This document shows, piece by piece, positions 1 through 8,490 of a DNA stretch of 64,000 nucleotides. The notes under the pieces are model-generated. The model was given only the letters and a program-made list of their open reading frames with translations, was not told where the DNA came from and ran no database searches. Position 1 is the stretch's first letter. The number at the start of each line of letters is the position of its first letter. A program made the position numbers and the translations under genes. The stretch is taken from NCBI GenBank assembly GCA_016208485.1, contig JACQXY010000052.1:13601-77600 (forward strand), read 5' to 3'. This stretch comes from Acidobacteriota bacterium. Its GTDB lineage: Bacteria > Actinomycetota > AC-67.

Positions 1-505
1 ACTCGAAGGAGAGCCCGAAGACGAGCACCATGAGGATCACGAACGACAGGTACTGGTCTATGAAGATCAGGGGCTTCAGGCCCGGCGCGCGCGCGAACCC
101 GATCAGGAACCCGATCGCCGCCGGCAGCACCGCGAAGGCGATGTAGGCCCCGAGGGCAAACAGGATCAGCGACGAGAGCACGAAGGGAATGGCGTAGCGC
201 TTCTCCTTCGCCTTGAGCGCCGGCGTCACGAAGCGCCACAACTGCCAGAGGAGCACGGGAAGGGCGAGCACGATCGCGGCGAAGGCGCTGATCTTTATCC
301 GAACCATGAACGCGGTCACGACGCCGGGGATGTTGAGCCCCTCCACCGGCACGCCGCCGATCCGGGATCCCTTGTCGAGGGGAGCTTCCAGGAAGCGGAG
401 AATCGGGTTGTACAGGGCGTAAGCGACGACGAAGGCGACGCCGAAGGCGATCAGCCCGACGAAGATGCGGTGCCGGAGCTCGGTGAGGTGATCGACGACG
501 GTCAT
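1..505 (-). CDS. tatC: Tat translocase subunit TatC, N-terminal part (gene runs off the window start)
   Basis: My reverse translation from the ATG (complement of 503-505) gives MTVVDHLTELRHRIFVGLIAFGVAFVVAYALYNPILRFLEAPL... with several hydrophobic helices. It lies 51 nt downstream of tatA, as in actinobacterial pafABC-tatAC loci. It is absent from the ORF track because no stop falls inside the window. Confidence 0.85.
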   Translation of the reverse strand, partial: MTVVDHLTELRHRIFVGLIAFGVAFVVAYALYNPILRFLEAPLDKGSRIGGVPVEGLNIPGVVTAFMVRIKISAFAAIVLALPVLLWQLWRFVTPALKAKEKRYAIPFVLSSLILFALGAYIAFAVLPAAIGFLIGFARAPGLKPLIFIDQYLSFVILMVLVFGLSFE

Positions 506-556
506 GCGCCCATCGTCGCGGGCGGGGCGGCGCAGGCGCATCAGGCGGCCGCGAGC

Positions 557-778
557 CTACTCTTCCTTGGGCCCGCCCTTGGAGGTCTGCTTGCCCTCCT
601 CGTCGAGACCCTCGCTCGCGTCGTCGGCCAGACCCTTCACACCGGTCTTGAACTCACGAAGCGAACGTCCGAGGGAGCGGCCGACCTCCGGGAGGCGCTT
701 CGCCCCGAAGAGCAGAAGCGCGACGAGCAGGAGCAGCAGGATCTCCGGGAGCTGGATCTGCTGGAAGATGCCTAGCAC
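557..778 (-). CDS. tatA: Tat translocase subunit TatA/E
   Basis: The ORF reads [44 protein letters not shown]. This is the TatA pattern: one TM helix, FGxKRLPExG, then an amphipathic helix. The GTG start follows GGAGGG. Confidence 0.9.
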   Translation of the reverse strand: MLGIFQQIQLPEILLLLLVALLLFGAKRLPEVGRSLGRSLREFKTGVKGLADDASEGLDEEGKQTSKGGPKEE

Positions 779-829
779 GGGTCCCTCCTCGCACCCGGCC
801 GCCGAGGGTGGCGACCGTCCATACAGATG

Positions 830-1066
830 CTACACCTCGCGGCCCCGGTCGGCCCGCGAGGACCGGGCGCGCAGGCGCTCCATGCCTTCAGTCGCCCGTT
901 GCAGCTCCGCATTCATGGCCTTGAGCGCCGAGGCTAGCTCGCCCCTGCCCTCCTCCATGGACCCCGCCGCTTCCTTCACGCGGCGCACCAGAGCAGTCGC
1001 CACGGCGGCCACGAGGATCCCGGCCGCCGCCGCGGCGGTGAGCACGGCGATGAGTGCGGAGCGCAT
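830..1066 (-). CDS. Small membrane-anchored coiled-coil protein (DUF948-like architecture), hypothetical
   Basis: 78 aa with an N-terminal TM helix (ALIAVLTAAAAAGILVAAVATALV) followed by a charged helical tail. Third codon positions are GC-rich. No strong RBS is visible. Confidence 0.5.
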   Translation of the reverse strand: MRSALIAVLTAAAAAGILVAAVATALVRRVKEAAGSMEEGRGELASALKAMNAELQRATEGMERLRARSSRADRGREV

Positions 1067-1109
1067 GGCGAGATCCTAGCCGGAAGAGGCGAGGGGTTGG
1101 GCCGGCGGG

Positions 1110-1460
1110 CTAGTGACCCGAGACGACCCGGGTGAGCTGGCTGAACCAGTCGGGCTGGGCCAGCAGGAGATGGAAATCGAGCACGTCGTCCAGGCTGATC
1201 GGGGGCCCTTCGTGCGTCTCCCGCATCTCGGCCGGCAGCTCCCAAACCGTGGCGTTCACTCCACCCGAGATGAGAAGCTGGACGACGCGGTCGTCGGCCG
1301 GCTTCTGGATGGTCTCGTGACACAGCGGGCACTCGAAGAGGTAGTAGGAGGCCGGCGAGTAGGTGCACACCCGCAGCTCGATGTCGTCGGGGGTGAGCTC
1401 CACCTCACCGCACTTCGGACAGAGCGCCTTGATCGTCGTCACCGTGTCCTCCGAACTCAA
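1110..1460 (-). CDS. Zinc-ribbon hypothetical protein
   Basis: 116 aa with CPKCG...CPLCH, a CxxC-N(~30)-CxxC pattern. It is a clean ORF between tatA and the transglycosylase-like gene. I do not recognise the family. Confidence 0.6.
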   Translation of the reverse strand: MSSEDTVTTIKALCPKCGEVELTPDDIELRVCTYSPASYYLFECPLCHETIQKPADDRVVQLLISGGVNATVWELPAEMRETHEGPPISLDDVLDFHLLLAQPDWFSQLTRVVSGH

Positions 1461-1661
1461 GCCCTTGCGAACCTGACGCCCCGGTTATCGGCATCCGCTC
1501 CGACCGGCTTAACGACTCGAAGTGCCTTCCCCTACTGGTCCAAGCGGAGCGCCTCATACCGAGAAACGAGCGCCGCGGAGCCGAGTTTCCCGCCCAATCC
1601 GGCCGAGTGCGGGAGCCTAGGCGAACGGGGTGACGCGGCTGCGGCGCGGCGGCTCTGGAGG

Positions 1662-2273
1662 TCAGATCGAGCGGAAGATGGAGGCTGCCTTGAGTCCCCA
1701 GCGCGCCCCACACGGAGGGCAGTACGTTCGGGAAGCCCGGTGGAATCGTCCGGTGCGAAGTGACCGGTACCCGGCCGCGAGCCGGCGCGTGTAGTCCTCG
1801 ATCGCGCGCGGCCAGGACTGCCAACGCAGGTGTCCCCAGCCCCAGGCGTTGTATCCGGGAGCGTGCCGGCCGAACGAGGACTCAACTCCGGAGATCGCCA
1901 CGACGACGCGCGGGTCCACACCGTACCGAACCCCAGCCCCAACCAGGTCCTCCGAGAAGGGCACCATCGGGGACCCCCATACCCTCAGGAATCGCCTAAG
2001 CCGGGCAGGGGTGATGATCTGGCCGTCTGCCGCCTTGTAGGCGGAGGGCCTGCGCTCGGGCGAGCGAGTCGTCGGGCGAGCCGGCGCGGGTGCGAGCATC
2101 TGGGTCAGAGCACGATCGAGAGATCCGGGCGGGACGGCGGAGGCCTCTGCTCGCTCCACCCCGGGCGAAGTGAGGGGAACAGAAACCAGGCCGATCGCCA
2201 CGGCCAGCGCGATCGACCCGCCTACGGCCAGGTACACCCTGCGGCGCCCCGACCCGGTCCGCTTCATCATCAC
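1662..2273 (-). CDS. Secreted lytic-transglycosylase-like protein (MltB/SLT_2-like)
   Basis: It has an N-terminal signal/TM segment (RRRVYLAVGGSIALAVAIGLVSV). Its C-terminal domain contains VVVAISGVESSFGR...GYNAWGWG, the catalytic-Glu ES motif typical of lytic transglycosylases. Confidence 0.7.
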   Translation of the reverse strand: MMMKRTGSGRRRVYLAVGGSIALAVAIGLVSVPLTSPGVERAEASAVPPGSLDRALTQMLAPAPARPTTRSPERRPSAYKAADGQIITPARLRRFLRVWGSPMVPFSEDLVGAGVRYGVDPRVVVAISGVESSFGRHAPGYNAWGWGHLRWQSWPRAIEDYTRRLAAGYRSLRTGRFHRASRTYCPPCGARWGLKAASIFRSI

Positions 2274-2408
2274 ACATCGGGCCCCGCGAGGGACCCACAG
2301 CGGCCACCATCTCGGACACCTCCGCGCCCGTCAAGCCGAGGGTTTCACGTTTTCACTAGCCGACACGACGGCATTGGAAAAGGCAAGAGAACGGGGCAAA
2401 GTCCCGGC

Positions 2409-3383
2409 TCAGCGATATCTTGCCAGGGTTCGGCCGGCCGCCAGCCGGAGATCCTCTGCAAGCTCCGGAGGGCGCACCGCGCGAGCCCGATTCCCGAGAT
2501 TTAGAAGCAGGCGCACCAGCCACTCCAAGTGGCGAGTCCGCAACGTTAGGCGCCGCCAGCCACCGGGCAGGGACTCGGCCGACTCCGAGGGGACGGACTC
2601 CACCACCCATGTGGCCTCGGGTGCCAGGTCGAGGACCACCTCGATGCCGTTCGCGGATGGTCGAAACACCGGTCCGCCGGAGAACCGTGCTGGATCGAAT
2701 CCGGGAGGGCGGACGAAGGTCCTTCCGGTCTCCTTCATCTCCTTGATGCGGTCCGACCGGAACGTCCTCTCCTCGCCTGTGTCGTGGTCCATCGCCACCA
2801 GGTACCACTTCCCGAGAGAGCCGACGATCACAAGAGGGTCCACCTCCCGCCGGGTCGTCTCGTCGCGGCTCCACGAGTGGTACACGATCTCGACACACCG
2901 GCGGGACGAGATCGCCGAGCGGAGGGCCCCCAGCGAGGCAGCACCCTGGGCGTCCAAGTCGACCGAGATCCGGTCCGCGAGCTCGATCGCCGCCTTCGCC
3001 TCGCCCGGCGCCAGCGCCCCCTCGAGCTTGGCCAAGGCGCTCCGAAGCGACACGGCCTCCTCCACCCCGGGGAGCGACGCGATCGCGCGGCCGGCGACCA
3101 GCAGGCCGAGCGCCTCCAGGTGCGATAGCCGCATCGGTCTCGCGAGCCAGTCCGCCATCCGAATGATGACCCGGTCGTCCTCCACGTAGGCCTCGACGAG
3201 ATCGCCCGGCCCGAACGGCGGAAGCCCGCACATGAAGAGCAGGTCGAGGTCGGCCTCCAGCTCCCGGCGGGTGATCGAGAAACGGGAACACACCTCCTCC
3301 ACAGTCGGACGTCCCCGCGCGATCACCCAAGGCGCGAGAAGGAGGATCCGCTGAAGGCGGAGGGCGGTCGGCTCAGCCGGCAT
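2409..3383 (-). CDS. pafC: PafC-like WYL-domain transcriptional regulator
   Basis: 324 aa with an N-terminal HTH and a central WYL-type core (IVYHSWSRDETTRREVDPLVIVGSLGKWYLVAMD). It starts 9 nt after the pafB stop and lies upstream of tatA/tatC, matching the mycobacterial pafB-pafC-tatA-tatC order. Confidence 0.85.
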   Translation of the reverse strand: MPAEPTALRLQRILLLAPWVIARGRPTVEEVCSRFSITRRELEADLDLLFMCGLPPFGPGDLVEAYVEDDRVIIRMADWLARPMRLSHLEALGLLVAGRAIASLPGVEEAVSLRSALAKLEGALAPGEAKAAIELADRISVDLDAQGAASLGALRSAISSRRCVEIVYHSWSRDETTRREVDPLVIVGSLGKWYLVAMDHDTGEERTFRSDRIKEMKETGRTFVRPPGFDPARFSGGPVFRPSANGIEVVLDLAPEATWVVESVPSESAESLPGGWRRLTLRTRHLEWLVRLLLNLGNRARAVRPPELAEDLRLAAGRTLARYR

Positions 3384-3392
3384 GCGGCTCCC

Positions 3393-4391
3393 TCATCCGG
3401 CGCCTCCGCGCGGCTCGGGCTCCGCGAGAACTCGCAGCCGGCGAATCACCTCTGCGCGAACCTCGGCCGGCCCGATCACCTCGGCGTTCTCGGCGAAGCC
3501 CAGGATCCATGCCGCGAAACGCTCGGTGTCGGAAACGGGAAGATCCATCTCCACCCAGCCGTCGTCGCGCTCCACGACGCGCTGCGCGCCCGTCCGTCGC
3601 TCGGCCCACCAGGCCGACTCGGGCGAGAACGCGACCCGCGCCAGGAGTTCCGGGCTCCCCTCCCACGGGGCAGCTCCAGGCACCCCTGCCGCCTCGGCGC
3701 TCGCGGGTGGGGAGAATTCGGCTGCGCGACCGGGAGTCACACGCACCGGACCCTCGATCCGCGCGACCTTGAACCGGCGGATCTCCCCCCGCAAGTGATC
3801 GAACCCCGTGAGATACCAGCCTCCCCGGAAGCGCAGCGCGTACGGATCGACCGATCGGGCCTCGGCCACTCCTGCCCCTCCGGTCCTGTAGGCGAATTCG
3901 ACCCGCTTTCGCCGGCCGACCGCGTCGAACAGGGGCTCGAGGTTGGGTTCCGACAGGTCTACCCAGGGGAGGGTCCACTCCCCTGCGCCCGGGTCCGCCC
4001 TTCCCCCCTCTCCGGCCTCCTCCCCTCCCGCCAGGGCGAGCTTCAAGAGCGCGGTCGCGGGGTTTCCTCCCCCAAGCTCGCCTCCCCAGGCGCGGGCCGC
4101 GAGCCACAGCGCGGCGCGCTCGTCGCTCGTGAGGCCCGGATCCGCGAGCAACGCGTCGCGCTTGCTGATGAGGTAGCCCTCTTCCGCCCCCCAGACGTCG
4201 GTCGGTGCGCGATCCACCGGGATGCCCATCCCGCGCAGCTCCTCCTTGTCCCGTTCGAACATGCGCCGGAACGCGACGTCGGACTGCCCCCCGTAGGCCG
4301 GGATCTTCGCGTGGATCTCATCCACCGTGAGTGGGCGGCGCGTCTCGAGCAGAAGGCCGAACAGGTTGACGAGCCGCTCGATCTTGCGCAT
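3393..4391 (-). CDS. pafB: PafB-like WYL-domain transcriptional regulator
   Basis: I trimmed the start to the ATG at 4389-4391, giving MRKIERLVNLFGLLLETRRPLTVDEIHAKIP (an HTH). The WYL-type core is VEFAYRTGGAG...RSVDPYALRFRGGWYLTGFD. The upstream 60 codons of the track ORF look non-coding. Confidence 0.85.
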   Translation of the reverse strand: MRKIERLVNLFGLLLETRRPLTVDEIHAKIPAYGGQSDVAFRRMFERDKEELRGMGIPVDRAPTDVWGAEEGYLISKRDALLADPGLTSDERAALWLAARAWGGELGGGNPATALLKLALAGGEEAGEGGRADPGAGEWTLPWVDLSEPNLEPLFDAVGRRKRVEFAYRTGGAGVAEARSVDPYALRFRGGWYLTGFDHLRGEIRRFKVARIEGPVRVTPGRAAEFSPPASAEAAGVPGAAPWEGSPELLARVAFSPESAWWAERRTGAQRVVERDDGWVEMDLPVSDTERFAAWILGFAENAEVIGPAEVRAEVIRRLRVLAEPEPRGGAG

Positions 4392-4476
4392 CGGCTGAAT
4401 CGTAGACCGGCACGCGAGGACACTCCAGGAGTCGGGGCCTTCGCGGCGCGGGAAGCCGGGAGGTAGGCTCTGCCCG

Positions 4477-5541
4477 GTGATCAGGCTCAGGCGTGGCGTG
4501 GCGCTGGAGATCCGCTCCCGGCGGCCGGGAGTGGCGGAGATCGCCGTGGAGGTCGAAGGGGAGAGAGCCACCGCACTTGCCTACGAGGCCCTTAGCGGCC
4601 CGATCTCCGCCGGCGACCGGCTCATCCTCAACACCACCGCCGTGACCCTCGGGCTCGGCACCGGAGGCCTCCACTTCGTCGTGGCCGTCGAGGGCGGCCC
4701 CGATCTCGACCCCGCCGGCGGCGGGCGCGCCATGAAGCTCCGCTACACCCCGCTGCAGGTGAGCGTGCCCCCCGTCGAGGAGACGCACCGCGACCTGGTC
4801 GATGGCTTCGGGGGGCTCGGCGGTCTCCCGATCGTCGTCGGGGGGCTCCACAGCTCGGTCACCCCGGTCGCGGTGGGGGCGAAAGCGATCGCCCCAGGCG
4901 CACGCCTGGCCTACGTCATGACCGAGGGCGGAGCGCTTCCGCTCGGATTCAGCGAGACCGTCCCGGCCCTCCGCGCGGCCGGGCTGCTCGATCTGTCGGT
5001 CACCTGCGGGCAGGCGTTCGGGGGCGACCTCGAGGCGGTCAATCTCTTCAGCGGGCTCGCCGCGGCGCGCGCGGTCGGTCGCGCGGACCTCACGGTGGTC
5101 GCGATGGGGCCGGGGAACCTCGGCACCGGCAGCCTTTTGGGATTCGCCCTCCTCGAGACCGGCCAGGTGGTGAACGCGGTGGCCGCGCTCGGGGGACGCC
5201 CGATCGTGGTCCCACGGCTTTCCTTCGCCGATCCGCGCGAGCGCCACCGGGGGGTTTCCCATCACACGGTCACGGCCCTCGCGGTCGCGGCCCTCGCCTC
5301 GGCCGAGATCGCGCTCCCGCCTCTCTCGGCGGACCGGGACGCCCTCGTCCGGCGCCAGTTCGCCGACGCCGGAGTCCTGGAGCGCCACCGCCTGGTGGAG
5401 GTAGACCTCGGTCCGGCGGAAGACCTGCTCCGCCGCTCGCCCGTTCCCCTGTCGAGCATGGGCCGGCGCTTCGAGGACGACCCCGATGCCTTCCGCGCGG
5501 CGGCGGCGGCCGGCGTGCTCGCGGCCCGGTCCATCTCATGA
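4477..5541 (+). CDS. DUF3866-family protein
   Basis: 354 aa with a GTG start after GGGAGGTAGG. ALAYEALSGPISAGDRLILNTTAVTLGLGTGGLHFVVAV...MKLRYTPLQ matches my memory of DUF3866 proteins from actinomycetes. It is divergent from pafB. Confidence 0.7.
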   Translation: MIRLRRGVALEIRSRRPGVAEIAVEVEGERATALAYEALSGPISAGDRLILNTTAVTLGLGTGGLHFVVAVEGGPDLDPAGGGRAMKLRYTPLQVSVPPVEETHRDLVDGFGGLGGLPIVVGGLHSSVTPVAVGAKAIAPGARLAYVMTEGGALPLGFSETVPALRAAGLLDLSVTCGQAFGGDLEAVNLFSGLAAARAVGRADLTVVAMGPGNLGTGSLLGFALLETGQVVNAVAALGGRPIVVPRLSFADPRERHRGVSHHTVTALAVAALASAEIALPPLSADRDALVRRQFADAGVLERHRLVEVDLGPAEDLLRRSPVPLSSMGRRFEDDPDAFRAAAAAGVLAARSIS

Positions 5542-5580
5542 GACGGGCGCCGCTCGCCGCCGCCGCCATCCGCTGACACC

Positions 5581-6060
5581 TCACTCGATGGGTGGCCCGT
5601 CCGGCCAGCAGTCCCGGGCGACGTCGCGCGCGAACGCGTCCGGCGCCTTCTCCTTGGCAAGGTAGGTGAAGCTCCCATCCGGTCCCTGATACAGATGGGG
5701 GCCGCCCCCGTCGACGCGCGCCGCGGCGAACCCGTCGGTGCACCCGAGGAAGGCGTTCCCCGAGTCCCCGTCGAGCACGACGATCGCGTACGGCCCGTCC
5801 GACCCGTCCGGGTTCACCGTGACCTTGGCAGCGCCCTTCAGCGGTCTCTCCGCTCCGCCGGCTACGCAGATCGAGACGCTCATCGGGTCGTCCCCCGGGT
5901 CGCCGGCCTGCCTCGCTCCCACCTCGGCCGGGGTCGCCCCCGGCGGCATCTCCCCCCGGTCGCAGGAGGCCGAAGGCTCTCCCGCAATCCCCGCCACGGG
6001 CACGGCCCCCGCCAAGACCACCGCGCCAACCACCAAGCGCACCACGCTCCTCCGTCGCAC
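5581..6060 (-). CDS. Secreted hypothetical protein
   Basis: 159 aa with a signal peptide (MRRRSVVRLVVGAVVLAGAVPVAGIAG) and four Cys residues. I recognise no family. Confidence 0.6.
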   Translation of the reverse strand: MRRRSVVRLVVGAVVLAGAVPVAGIAGEPSASCDRGEMPPGATPAEVGARQAGDPGDDPMSVSICVAGGAERPLKGAAKVTVNPDGSDGPYAIVVLDGDSGNAFLGCTDGFAAARVDGGGPHLYQGPDGSFTYLAKEKAPDAFARDVARDCWPDGPPIE

Positions 6061-6211
6061 GGACTCCTCCTCTCGCGAACCCCCGGGCGGCGCCGTGCCG
6101 CCCGCGCGCAGGAGTGTCCGCCTGCACGGCGTCCAGGTCCAGCCCGGGCAGAGTGGGAGAAACGGCGCGGGCGGATCGAACGAGGATTCCGCGGCGGCCC
6201 GGGGAAAGCCT

Positions 6212-7570
6212 CTACATCGACGCGATCAGGCGCTCGACCCGCTCATCGTGAGCCTTGAAGGGGTCCTTGCACAGCACCGTGCGCTGGGCCTGGTCGTTCA
6301 GCTTCAGGTGGACCCAGTCCACGGTGAAATCCCGCCGCCGCTCCTTCGCGGTGCGGATGAACTCCCCTCGAAGCCGCGCGCGGGTGCTCTGCGGTGGCTG
6401 GACCTCGGCGAGCTCGATCGCCGCATCCTCGACCGCGCGCGCCATGCGCCCACGCCGCTCGAGCAAGTAGTACAGCCCCCGCGAGCGGTTCACGTCGTGG
6501 TAGGCGAGGTCCATGAGCGCCACGCGCGGTGAGGCGAGCGAGATTCCCCTGCTCGTGCGGTATGCCTCGATCAGGTTGTGCTTCGTCACCCAGTCGAGCT
6601 TGCCGTCGAGCGCCTCGAGATCCTCTCCCTCGATGCCGGCCAGCGCCTCGTCCCACATCTCCAGGATCCTGGGCGCCAGACCTCCGACGTCGCGGCGCTC
6701 GGCGAACTTCTGCGCGCGCTCGAAGTACTCTCGCTGGACCTCGAGCCCGCTCATCTCCCGGCCGCTCGCGAGCTTCACCCGCCGCCGGCAGGTGAGGTCG
6801 TGGGAGATCTCCCGGATGGCGCGGATCGGGTTCTCGAGCGTGAGGTCCCGCATCACGGTGCCCTCCTCGAACATCCGCAGGAGGAGATCGGTCGCGCCGA
6901 TCTTGAGCAGGCTCGCCCACTCGCTCATGTTCGAGTCCCCGACGATCACGTGCAGCCGGCGGTACCGCTCGGCGTCGGCGTGCGGCTCGTCGCGCGTGTT
7001 AATGATCGGCCGGCTCCGGGTCGTGGCGCTCGAGACCCCCTCCCAGATGTGCTCGGCGCGCTGGGCGAGGCAGTAGAGCGCGCCGCGAGGGGTCTGGAGC
7101 ACCTTCCCGGCGCCGGCGAACACCTGCCGGGTCACGAGGAACGGGATCAGGACGTCGGCGAGCTTCTGGAACTCGCCGTAGCGCGCGACGAGGTAGTTCT
7201 CGTGGCACCCGTAGGAGTTCCCGGCGGAGTCGGTGTTGTTCTTGAAAAGGTAGATCGCGCCCGAGATCCCCTCCTCATGGAGACGGTGCTCCGCCGCGGA
7301 GAGCAGCCCTTCGAGGATCCGCTCCCCCGCCTTGTCGTGGGCGATCAGGTCCGGGATCGTGTCGCACTCGGGAGTCGCGTACTCCGGATGCGAGCCCACG
7401 TCGAGGTAGAGGCGCGCGCCGTTCTCCAGGAACACGTTGGACGACCGCCCCCAGGACACGACGCGGCGAAACAGGTACCGGGCGACCTCGTCGGGGGAGA
7501 GCCGCCGCTGGCCCCGAAACGTGCACGTGACTCCGTACTCGTTCTCCAGCCCGAAGATCCGCCGCTCCAT
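6212..7570 (-). CDS. pafA: Pup--protein ligase PafA
   Basis: [70 protein letters not shown] is almost identical to the N-terminus of M. tuberculosis PafA as I remember it. Confidence 0.97.
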   Translation of the reverse strand: MERRIFGLENEYGVTCTFRGQRRLSPDEVARYLFRRVVSWGRSSNVFLENGARLYLDVGSHPEYATPECDTIPDLIAHDKAGERILEGLLSAAEHRLHEEGISGAIYLFKNNTDSAGNSYGCHENYLVARYGEFQKLADVLIPFLVTRQVFAGAGKVLQTPRGALYCLAQRAEHIWEGVSSATTRSRPIINTRDEPHADAERYRRLHVIVGDSNMSEWASLLKIGATDLLLRMFEEGTVMRDLTLENPIRAIREISHDLTCRRRVKLASGREMSGLEVQREYFERAQKFAERRDVGGLAPRILEMWDEALAGIEGEDLEALDGKLDWVTKHNLIEAYRTSRGISLASPRVALMDLAYHDVNRSRGLYYLLERRGRMARAVEDAAIELAEVQPPQSTRARLRGEFIRTAKERRRDFTVDWVHLKLNDQAQRTVLCKDPFKAHDERVERLIASM

Positions 7571-7632
7571 AGATCAAGTGTACGGCCGGGGGTGACGCCC
7601 CGCCGGTTCCACCGGTCCCGTCGCGTGCTAGA

Positions 7633-8490
7633 TTGCCGCCCGTGATCCCGCTCGCCACGATCGGCTGGAAAGTCATAGACCGAATCCACCTCGGCCCGTT
7701 GTCGGTATCCCCGCACGGCCTGGGCATCATGGCCGGGTACGCGCTCGGCGGTTCCCTCCTCGCCCGGCGCGCGGCCCGCTACGGCATCTCCAAGGACCAC
7801 GTCTGGAACATGCTCACGCGCGCGGTGCTCGGCGTCATCGTCGGCGCGCGCCTCTTCTACATCGCCGGACACATCGGCGACTACATCCCCGAGGACCCGC
7901 TCGGGATCCTGCGCGTCTGGCAGGGAGGGCTCGTCTTCTACGGAGGCGTCTTCGGCGGGATCGCCTTCGCCTATCCCTACGCCCGCAAGCACGGATTGAC
8001 ATTCTGGCACGTGCTCGACTCGGCGGCGCCGGGATTCCCGCTCGGCCTGATCTTCGGCCGGATCGGCGACCTGATCATCGGCGACCACCTCGGCAACCCG
8101 ACCACGAACCCGCTCGGCTTCCGCTACCAGGGCGGCCCGATCCCCGGGCGCGCGGACCTGCGGATCGGGGACGTCGTCCACCAGCCGGCGCTCTACGATC
8201 TCATGAGCGCGCTGGTGCTGTTCCCCCTCGTCATGTGGGTCGGTCGGAAGCGGCGGCCGGACGGCTTCATGATCATGTTCACCGCGACCGCGTACGCGAT
8301 CCCGCGGTTCTTCATCGACTTCTCGAGGAGCACGACGACCTACCTCGGGCTTCGGGGCACCCAGTGGATCTCCCTCACCCTGGTGCTGGCGGGGTCGGCC
8401 TACCTCATCCGGCTGGCCCGGCGCCCCCACGCTCCGAGCGATCTCGTCCCCGAGCTCTCCACCGCGATCTCTCCCGACGCGGAAGCCTAG
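7633..8490 (+). CDS. lgt: Prolipoprotein diacylglyceryl transferase
   Basis: 285 aa, polytopic, with Lgt-like motifs (GLGIMAGYALG, VWQGGLVFYGGVFGG, FGRIGDLIIGDHLG). The track start is a TTG at 7633. An alternative GTG at 7642 lies 7 nt after a TAGATT -10-like hexamer (7629-7634), so the mRNA may be leaderless. Confidence 0.9.
   Translation: MPPVIPLATIGWKVIDRIHLGPLSVSPHGLGIMAGYALGGSLLARRAARYGISKDHVWNMLTRAVLGVIVGARLFYIAGHIGDYIPEDPLGILRVWQGGLVFYGGVFGGIAFAYPYARKHGLTFWHVLDSAAPGFPLGLIFGRIGDLIIGDHLGNPTTNPLGFRYQGGPIPGRADLRIGDVVHQPALYDLMSALVLFPLVMWVGRKRRPDGFMIMFTATAYAIPRFFIDFSRSTTTYLGLRGTQWISLTLVLAGSAYLIRLARRPHAPSDLVPELSTAISPDAEA

Noticed and set aside
1461-1661. 200-nt comparatively AT-richer intergenic region with short complementary segments, considered as an sRNA or riboswitch
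   Set aside because: It has no recognisable conserved motif and no clear terminator. It is most simply the promoter and 5-prime UTR of the zinc-ribbon gene.
2274-2408. 135-nt leader upstream of the transglycosylase-like gene, checked for a cyclic-di-AMP (ydaO-type) riboswitch, which often precedes cell-wall hydrolase genes in actinobacteria
   Set aside because: I could not find the conserved ydaO sequence blocks that I remember. A covariance-model scan (Rfam RF00379) would be needed to be sure.
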